Below are positions 17,276-22,729 of a stretch of 22,729 bases of DNA, piece by piece. This DNA is from a virus (Duplodnaviria; Heunggongvirae; Uroviricota; Caudoviricetes), in the IMG/VR virus record IMGVR_UViG_2529293062_000009. One strand, given 5' to 3'. Position numbers and translations under genes: made by a program. The notes under the pieces were generated by a model. It was not told where the DNA came from, did not search any database, and saw nothing but the letters and a program-made list of their open reading frames with translations. The number at the start of each line of letters is the position of its first letter. The first letter of the stretch is position 1.

Positions 17276-17653
17276 ATGAAAAAGAAATTAATCAGCGGAC
17301 TGTTTCTGATGTTATGGATGGCGCTGTTAATCGCAGCAATGGTGTATCCGCAGGGGATTTTTCCGGTACTGGCAGCGTCCGGCGTTTGGGTAGCCTGTTT
17401 GCTGACATGGGCGGTAATTCCGGTAGCACTGGCTGCGTTAATTAAGAATGGCCCGCTCTGGCAGGAGTTAAGGGCATCTTTACTGAAGACAATTACCCGA
17501 AAAGAAAACGTATTTATCAGTTGGGTGATGCGATTGCTGATTGTTGTAAGTCTCGCCTGGACGGGGTGGGCTATTACCCTGGTCTTTTATCTACTGACCG
17601 TTATTGCCTTCTGGATCACCCGTAATCAGATGGCGAAACAGGTAGCAGCATGA
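17276..17653 (+). CDS. lysA: LysA-like membrane protein (lysis timing)
   Basis: ATG 17276 with SD GGAG; 125 aa with several hydrophobic helices; follows the endolysin as in P2. Confidence 0.6.
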   Translation: MKKKLISGLFLMLWMALLIAAMVYPQGIFPVLAASGVWVACLLTWAVIPVALAALIKNGPLWQELRASLLKTITRKENVFISWVMRLLIVVSLAWTGWAITLVFYLLTVIAFWITRNQMAKQVAA

Positions 17654-18078
17654 ACCGGTTGCTGCTGGTTGTGCTGGCGTTATTACTGGCGGCGCTGGGC
17701 TGGCAGACGTGGCGGCTGGCTGATGCCAGCCAGACCATCAGCACGCAGGCAGACGAGCTGCAGAGCAAAAGCCAGGCACTGGCAAAGAGCAACAGCCAGC
17801 TTATCAGCCTGTCCATTCTGACTGAAACCAATAACCGGGAGCAGGCGCGGCTCTATGCCGAAGCAGAACAGACCAGCACGCTGCTGAGACAACGACAACA
17901 CCGGATCGAGGAACTGAAACGTGAGAACGAGGATTTACGCCGCTGGGCTGATACTCCTTTGCCTGCTGACATTATCCGGCTGCGGAAACGTCCGGCACTC
18001 ACCGGAGGTATGGCTTACCGTCAGTGGTTGTCCGCGAGTGACGCCGTGTCGGCTGGATCAGGCAACGCCGCGCACTAA
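17650..18078 (+). CDS. lysB: LysB, Rz-like inner-membrane spanin
   Basis: 142 aa; N-terminal TM segment LLLVVLALLLAALGW, then a charged coiled-coil-like region; ATGA overlap with lysA. Confidence 0.7.
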   Translation: MNRLLLVVLALLLAALGWQTWRLADASQTISTQADELQSKSQALAKSNSQLISLSILTETNNREQARLYAEAEQTSTLLRQRQHRIEELKRENEDLRRWADTPLPADIIRLRKRPALTGGMAYRQWLSASDAVSAGSGNAAH

Positions 18079-18211
18079 CGGTGATCTGAACGCGTTGCTG
18101 GATGAAACGGAGGCCGCCTGGGCGGTCTGTGCAGACAAAGTGGACATGATTATTGCGTGTCAGGAGCGAAACAGTGAACAAACCACAATCCCTGCGCCAC
18201 GCCCTCAATAA
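17921..18211 (+). CDS. lysC: LysC, Rz1-like outer-membrane lipoprotein spanin, embedded in lysB in another frame
   Basis: 96-aa ORF in a different frame starting inside lysB (GTG 17921); signal peptide plus lipobox LLCLLTLSGC; Pro-rich C-terminus. Confidence 0.55.
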   Translation: MRTRIYAAGLILLCLLTLSGCGNVRHSPEVWLTVSGCPRVTPCRLDQATPRTNGDLNALLDETEAAWAVCADKVDMIIACQERNSEQTTIPAPRPQ

Positions 18212-18605
18212 AGCGGTGCCTTATGTCCGCAATAACCCGGACAAACTGCATCTGTTTGTGGATAACGGTTCGCTGGTTGCCACGGGGGCCAGCTCCATGT
18301 CGTGGGAGTACCGTTACACACTGAACGCGGTGATTGAGGATTTCAGCGGCGACCAGAATCTGCTGATGGCCCCGGTTTTGCTGTGGCTGAGGGATAACCA
18401 GCCCGATGCCATCAATAACCCGGCGTTACGGGAAAAGCTATTCACCTTTGAGGTGGATATTCTGCGCAACGATGTCTGTGATATCAGCCTGAACCTGCAA
18501 CTGACGGAACGTGTGCTGGTCAGCACTGACGGCAGTGTGTCGAGCGTTGAAGCTATAGCGGAACCTGATGCACCTGAAGAAATGTGGACGGTGAAACGTG
18601 GCTGA
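18174..18605 (+). CDS. R: Tail completion protein (P2 gpR-type)
   Basis: Start chosen at GTG 18174 with SD AGGAG 18162..18166 (the track ORF begins at an upstream TTG); about 143 aa; position as P2 R. Confidence 0.75.
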   Translation: MNKPQSLRHALNKAVPYVRNNPDKLHLFVDNGSLVATGASSMSWEYRYTLNAVIEDFSGDQNLLMAPVLLWLRDNQPDAINNPALREKLFTFEVDILRNDVCDISLNLQLTERVLVSTDGSVSSVEAIAEPDAPEEMWTVKRG

Positions 18606-19044
18606 ACTGCAGAAGGTGGACGACTGGCTGAGTGCCTTGCTGGCGAATCTGGAACCAGCCTCGAGAAGCCGCATGATGCGCCAGCTGGCGCAGGAACTTC
18701 GCCGGACACAGCAGCAGAATATCAGGATGCAGCGCAACCCTGACGGCAGCAGCTATGAACCGCGACGGGTAACAGCACGCAGTAAAAAAGGCCGTATCAA
18801 ACGTCAGATGTTTGCAAAGCTGCGCACCACAAAATACCTGAAAACTGCCGCCAGCACCGACTCTGCCAGCGTGCAGTTTGAAGGCAAGGTGCAGCGCATT
18901 GCCCGCGTTCACCATTACGGCCTGCGAGATCGCGTCAGTCGTAAGGGACCGGAGGTGCGTTACGCAGAGCGTCGCCTTCTGGGTGTAAATGATGATGTTG
19001 AGGCAATGACCCGCGACATGATTCTGCAATGGCTGGCGGGGTGA
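18598..19044 (+). CDS. S: Tail completion protein (P2 gpS-type)
   Basis: 148 aa (P2 S about 150 aa as recalled); GTG start overlapping the end of R. Confidence 0.75.
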   Translation: MAELQKVDDWLSALLANLEPASRSRMMRQLAQELRRTQQQNIRMQRNPDGSSYEPRRVTARSKKGRIKRQMFAKLRTTKYLKTAASTDSASVQFEGKVQRIARVHHYGLRDRVSRKGPEVRYAERRLLGVNDDVEAMTRDMILQWLAG

Positions 19045-19048
19045 TCTT

Positions 19049-19066
19049 TGTATCAGCACTGATACA
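19049..19066. promoter_or_regulatory. Late-promoter activator dyad (TGT-N12-ACA) upstream of the baseplate operon (P_V-equivalent)
   Basis: Near-perfect palindrome TGTATCAGCACTGATACA, 47 bp upstream of the V start, in the S/V intergenic gap where P2 has P_V. Confidence 0.75.
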
Positions 19067-19112
19067 AGTTGCAGCACTGCCGCCTTTCTTCCCCTGATGG
19101 CAACCTTTCCCT

Positions 19113-19691
19113 ATGAACGCACAATTAACCGAAATCATGCGCCTTATCACCAACCTGATCCGCACAGGGGTAGTCACCGAAGTGGACAGGGAAAACTGGC
19201 TTTGCCGGGTGAAAACGGGCGAGCTTGAAACCAACTGGATCAGCTGGCTGACGCTGCGTGCCGGGAATGCCCGTACATGGTGGCGACCATCGGAAGGTGA
19301 GCAGGTGGTGCTGCTGAGTCTGGGCGGCAATCTGGAAACCGCCTTTGCGCTGCCCGCTGTCTATTCGAATCAGTTCGCACCACCGTCGACGTCGGCGGAC
19401 GCCTGCGTGACAGAACATCCTGACGGTGGCTGGTTTGAATACGAACCCGCCACCGGGCGCTGGTATGTCAGGGGCATCAAATCAATGGTCATTGAGGCTG
19501 CTGACAACATCACCATGAAAACCAGTGAGTTTGTACTGGAGGCTGACCGCACGCGCATTAACAGCGAAGTGGTGATCAATGGTGGCGTTACCCAGGGCGG
19601 CGGAGCGATGAGTTCTAACGGGATCGTGGTTGATGCGCATCAGCATACTGGCGTCCTGAAAGGCGGCGATACAACCGGAGGCCCGGTATGA
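19113..19691 (+). CDS. V: Baseplate spike/assembly protein (P2 gpV-type)
   Basis: 192 aa, first gene after the late-promoter dyad; order V-W-J-I-H follows. Confidence 0.8.
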   Translation: MNAQLTEIMRLITNLIRTGVVTEVDRENWLCRVKTGELETNWISWLTLRAGNARTWWRPSEGEQVVLLSLGGNLETAFALPAVYSNQFAPPSTSADACVTEHPDGGWFEYEPATGRWYVRGIKSMVIEAADNITMKTSEFVLEADRTRINSEVVINGGVTQGGGAMSSNGIVVDAHQHTGVLKGGDTTGGPV

Positions 19692-20047
19692 CGCTTTATA
19701 GCGGGATGAACAATACCAGCGGCAAAGTCATTACTGATATTGATCATCTGCGCCAGTCGGTGCGGGACATTCTGCTGACACCGCAGGGTAGCCGTATTGC
19801 CCGCCGGGAATATGGTTCCCTGCTGTCGGCACTGATAGATCAGCCACAAAATCCGGCATTACGCCTGCAGGTCATGTCGGCAGTGTATGTGGCGCTGAGT
19901 CGCTGGGAGCCACGGTTGACGCTGGATTCCATCACCATCAACAGCAATTTTGACGGTTCAATGGTGGTGGAGCTGACCGGGCGGCGGAATAACGGTGTGC
20001 CTGTGTCCCTTTCCGTATCAACAGGAGCAGAGAATGGCAGTGATTGA
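19688..20047 (+). CDS. W: Baseplate wedge protein (P2 gpW / gp25-like)
   Basis: 119 aa, SD GGAGG, ATGA overlap with V. Confidence 0.8.
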   Translation: MTLYSGMNNTSGKVITDIDHLRQSVRDILLTPQGSRIARREYGSLLSALIDQPQNPALRLQVMSAVYVALSRWEPRLTLDSITINSNFDGSMVVELTGRRNNGVPVSLSVSTGAENGSD

Positions 20048-20942
20048 CCTTTCGCAGTTGCCTGCACCGCAGATTGTGGATGTGCCGGACTTTGAGACGC
20101 TGCTTGCCGAACGCAAGGCAGAATTTGTGGCGCTTCATCCGAAAGATGAGCAGGAAGCAGTGATCCGCACGCTGGAACTGGAATCTGAACCCGCCACTAA
20201 ATTGTTGCAGGAGAATGCTTACCGTGAGTTGCTTCTGCGCCAGCGCATTAACGAAGCCGCGCAGGCGGTGATGGTGGCTTACGCGATGGGCGGCGATCTT
20301 GACCAGCTCGCTGCCAACTACAACGTGACACGCCTGACGGTGACGCCTGCTGATAATGATGCTGTGCCGCCCGTTGCAGCTGTGATGGAAAGCGATGAAG
20401 CGTTACGCCTGCGTGTGCCTGCAGCCTTTGAAGGGCTTTCTGTTGCGGGGCCAACTGCAGCTTATGAATTTCATGCCCGAAGCGCCGACGGTCGGGTGGC
20501 GGATGCCAGTGCAACCAGCCCGGCACCTGCAGAGGTGGTGCTGACTGTCCTTAGCCGCGAAGGCGATGGAACTGCAGAAAAAGACCTGCTGGACGTGGTG
20601 GAAAAAGCTCTGAACAGTGAGAACGTCCGCCCGGTGGCTGACCGTCTTACGGTTCGCAGCGCAGAAATCATCCCGTATCGCGTGGAAGCCACCATTTTTC
20701 TCTATCCTGGACCGGAAGCAGAGCCGGTAATGGCAGCGGCAAAAGCCAGCCTGCAGAAGTACATCGCCAGTCAGACGCGTCTTGGTCGGGATATTCGCCG
20801 TAGCGCCATCTTTGCCGCCCTGCATGTTGAGGGGGTGCAGCGTGTGGAGCTGGCTTCTCCTCTGGCGGATGTGGTCCTGAACAAAACACAGGCGGCATCA
20901 TGTACGCAGTGGAGCGTAACCAACGGAGGAACGGATGAATAG
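20034..20942 (+). CDS. J: Baseplate assembly protein J (P2 gpJ-type)
   Basis: ATG 20034 with SD AGGAG gives 302 aa, matching P2 J; the track ORF has a 13-codon upstream extension. Confidence 0.85.
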   Translation: MAVIDLSQLPAPQIVDVPDFETLLAERKAEFVALHPKDEQEAVIRTLELESEPATKLLQENAYRELLLRQRINEAAQAVMVAYAMGGDLDQLAANYNVTRLTVTPADNDAVPPVAAVMESDEALRLRVPAAFEGLSVAGPTAAYEFHARSADGRVADASATSPAPAEVVLTVLSREGDGTAEKDLLDVVEKALNSENVRPVADRLTVRSAEIIPYRVEATIFLYPGPEAEPVMAAAKASLQKYIASQTRLGRDIRRSAIFAALHVEGVQRVELASPLADVVLNKTQAASCTQWSVTNGGTDE

Positions 20943-21540
20943 TCTGCTGCCACCGGGTTCAACACCACTGGAGCGCCGACTGGCGCAAACCTGCAGCGGG
21001 ATTTCTGATCTGCAGGTGCCGCTTCGTGACTTGTGGAATCCGGCAACCTGTCCGGTCAGTTTCCTGCCTTATCTCGCCTGGGCGTTCTCTGTGGATCGCT
21101 GGGACGAGGGCTGGACAGAAAGCGTCAAGCGCCAGGTGGTGAAGGATGCTTTTTATATTCATCAGCATAAAGGGACCACCAGTGCCGTGCGGCGGGTGGT
21201 GGAGCCGTTCGGATTCCTGATCCGCATTATTGAGTGGTGGCAGACCGGAGAAACACCGGGCACGTTTCGCCTGGATATCGGCGTGCAGGACCAGGGCATC
21301 ACTGAAGATACCTATCTGGAACTTGAGCGACTGATAAGCGATGCCAAACCATGTAGCCGCCACATGATCGGCATGTCCATCAATCTGCAGACCAGCGGCC
21401 CGCATTGGGTGGGAGCCGCCAGCTATCTTGGCGAAGAAATCACGATCTATCCGTATATCAACGAAACGATTATTTCCGGTGGCACCGCGCATGAAGGCGG
21501 GGCGGTCCATGTTATTGATACAATGAGAGTGAATCCATGA
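20935..21540 (+). CDS. I: Baseplate protein I (P2 gpI-type)
   Basis: 201 aa, SD GGAGGA, overlaps the J stop; position as P2 I. Confidence 0.8.
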   Translation: MNSLLPPGSTPLERRLAQTCSGISDLQVPLRDLWNPATCPVSFLPYLAWAFSVDRWDEGWTESVKRQVVKDAFYIHQHKGTTSAVRRVVEPFGFLIRIIEWWQTGETPGTFRLDIGVQDQGITEDTYLELERLISDAKPCSRHMIGMSINLQTSGPHWVGAASYLGEEITIYPYINETIISGGTAHEGGAVHVIDTMRVNP

Positions 21541-22729
21541 GCACAAAATTTTATACCCTGCTGACGGATATTGGCGCGGCGAAACTTGCCAGCGCCGCCG
21601 CGCTCGGTGTGCCGCTAAAAATTACCCATATGGCGGTGGGCGATGGCGGTGGAGTATTGCCAACGCCGGACGCAAAGCAGACGGCACTGGTAAATGAGAA
21701 ACGCCGGGCTGCGCTGAATATGCTTTATATCGACCCGCAGAACAGCAGCCAGATTATTGCCGAACAGGTGATCCCTGAAAACGAGGGCGGTTGGTGGATA
21801 CGTGAAGTGGGCTTGTTTGATGAGTCCGGGGCATTGATTGCCGTGGGCAACTGCCCGGAAAGCTATAAGCCGCAACTGGCTGAAGGTAGCGGGCGCACTC
21901 AGACCGTGCGCATGGTGCTGATTACCAGCAGCACGGACAATATCACCCTGAAAATCGACCCTGCTGTAGTGCTGGCAACCCGCAAGTATGTGGATGACAA
22001 GGCACTGGAGCTGAAGGTGTACGCGGATGATCAGATGGCAAAACATCTTGCCGCACCGGACCCGCATTCACAGTACGCGCCAAAAGCCAGCCCGACATTT
22101 ACCGGAACCCCCAAAGCGCCAACGCCAGCGGCGGGGAATAATACCACGCAGGTTGCGACCACTGCGTTTGTACAGGCGGCACTGACGGCCCTTATTAATG
22201 GTGCGCCAGCCACGCTGGACACGCTGAAAGAAATAGCCGCAGCCATTAACAATGATCCGAATTTCAGTACCACCATTAACAATGCGCTGGCACTAAAAGC
22301 ACCGTTGTCGAGTCCGGCACTCACCGGAACGCCAACAGCCCCCACGGCGGCGCAGTCGGTCAACAATACACAGATTGCCACTACGGCTTTTGTGAAATCG
22401 GCGATTGCAGGAATGGTGGGTTCTGCACCTGCTGCACTGGATACACTGAACGAACTGGCGGCGGCACTGGGGAATGATCCGAACTTTGCCACGACAATGC
22501 TTAATGCGCTGGCAGGTAAACAACCGCTGGACAATACGCTTACCAATTTGAGTGGAAAGGATGTAGCTGGTCTTCTCACATACCTTGGTTTGGGAGAAGG
22601 CTCTGCATTACCTGTTGGTGTCCCTGTTCCGTGGCCTTCAGCCACTCCGCCGACAGGCTGGCTGAAATGCAACGGTGCGGCTTTTTCTGCCGAAGAATAC
22701 CCGGAACTGGCAAAGGCTTACCCGACAAA
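21537..22729 (+). CDS. H: Tail fibre protein (P2 gpH-type), 5' portion; continues beyond window end
   Basis: Open frame from ATG 21537 (overlapping the I stop) to the window end with no stop, so it is missing from the ORF track. N-terminus MSTKFYTLLTDIGAAKLASAAALG... resembles the conserved gpH N-terminus; contains tandem tail-fibre repeats. Confidence 0.8.
   Translation, partial: MSTKFYTLLTDIGAAKLASAAALGVPLKITHMAVGDGGGVLPTPDAKQTALVNEKRRAALNMLYIDPQNSSQIIAEQVIPENEGGWWIREVGLFDESGALIAVGNCPESYKPQLAEGSGRTQTVRMVLITSSTDNITLKIDPAVVLATRKYVDDKALELKVYADDQMAKHLAAPDPHSQYAPKASPTFTGTPKAPTPAAGNNTTQVATTAFVQAALTALINGAPATLDTLKEIAAAINNDPNFSTTINNALALKAPLSSPALTGTPTAPTAAQSVNNTQIATTAFVKSAIAGMVGSAPAALDTLNELAAALGNDPNFATTMLNALAGKQPLDNTLTNLSGKDVAGLLTYLGLGEGSALPVGVPVPWPSATPPTGWLKCNGAAFSAEEYPELAKAYPT
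22092..22535 (+). repeat. Tandem duplication of a ~74-codon tail-fibre repeat unit within gene H
   Basis: Two consecutive units: PTFTGTPKAPTPAAGNNTTQVATTAFVQAALTALINGAPATLDTLKEIAAAINNDPNFSTTINNALALKAP and PALTGTPTAPTAAQSVNNTQIATTAFVKSAIAGMVGSAPAALDTLNELAAALGNDPNFATTMLNALAGKQP. Confidence 0.7.

Larger units (their letters stand above)
1..22729. mobile_element. P2/186-family temperate phage (prophage) segment; continues beyond both window ends
   Basis: Gene order and sizes match the P2 layout: divergent portal/terminase then O-N-M-L-X-lysis-R-S-V-W-J-I-H, with a 186-like CI/Apl/CII switch and an A-type replication gene. TGT-N12-ACA late-promoter dyads sit where P2 has them. Confidence 0.9.

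Noticed and set aside
21615-22672. Minus-strand ORFs of 150 aa and 213 aa at the right end
   Set aside because: They are the antisense strand of the tail fibre H gene, which is open to the window end and so absent from the ORF track; the Ala/Gly-rich translations reflect the fibre repeats.
1-22729. CRISPR arrays, tRNA or rRNA genes, integrase or att core, IS elements
   Set aside because: No regularly spaced short repeats, no tRNA-like structure and no integrase or transposase ORF were seen; the integrase and attachment site presumably lie outside the window.

Overview
The window is a contiguous piece of an integrated P2/186-family temperate phage (prophage) from an enterobacterial-type host, running off both ends. 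Left to right: (i) a partial ABC/AAA-type ATPase gene immediately downstream of, and apparently co-transcribed with, a 186-type CI repressor (minus strand); (ii) a switch region with three phased direct repeats; (iii) a rightward early operon (Apl/Cox-like, CII-like, small unknowns, TraR/DksA-like zinc finger, Dam-like methyltransferase, a possible TGT-fold protein, replication endonuclease A); (iv) a cargo slot between gene A and the portal gene, holding a LexA-box-controlled small ORF plus DinI-like gene and a separate AT-rich two-gene operon encoding a HipA-like kinase and a HIRAN-motif protein; (v) the P2-type late region: portal Q and terminase P (minus), then O, N, M, L, X, pinholin, SAR endolysin, LysA/LysB/LysC, R, S, V, W, J, I and the 5' part of tail fibre H (plus). 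The kinase/HIRAN operon is the best candidate for an undescribed defence or toxin system, with the repressor-linked ATPase as a second candidate. All calls come from reading the sequence and ORF translations and from remembered family motifs and P2/186 gene order and sizes; no database search was run. No tRNA, rRNA, CRISPR array, integrase or att site was recognised.
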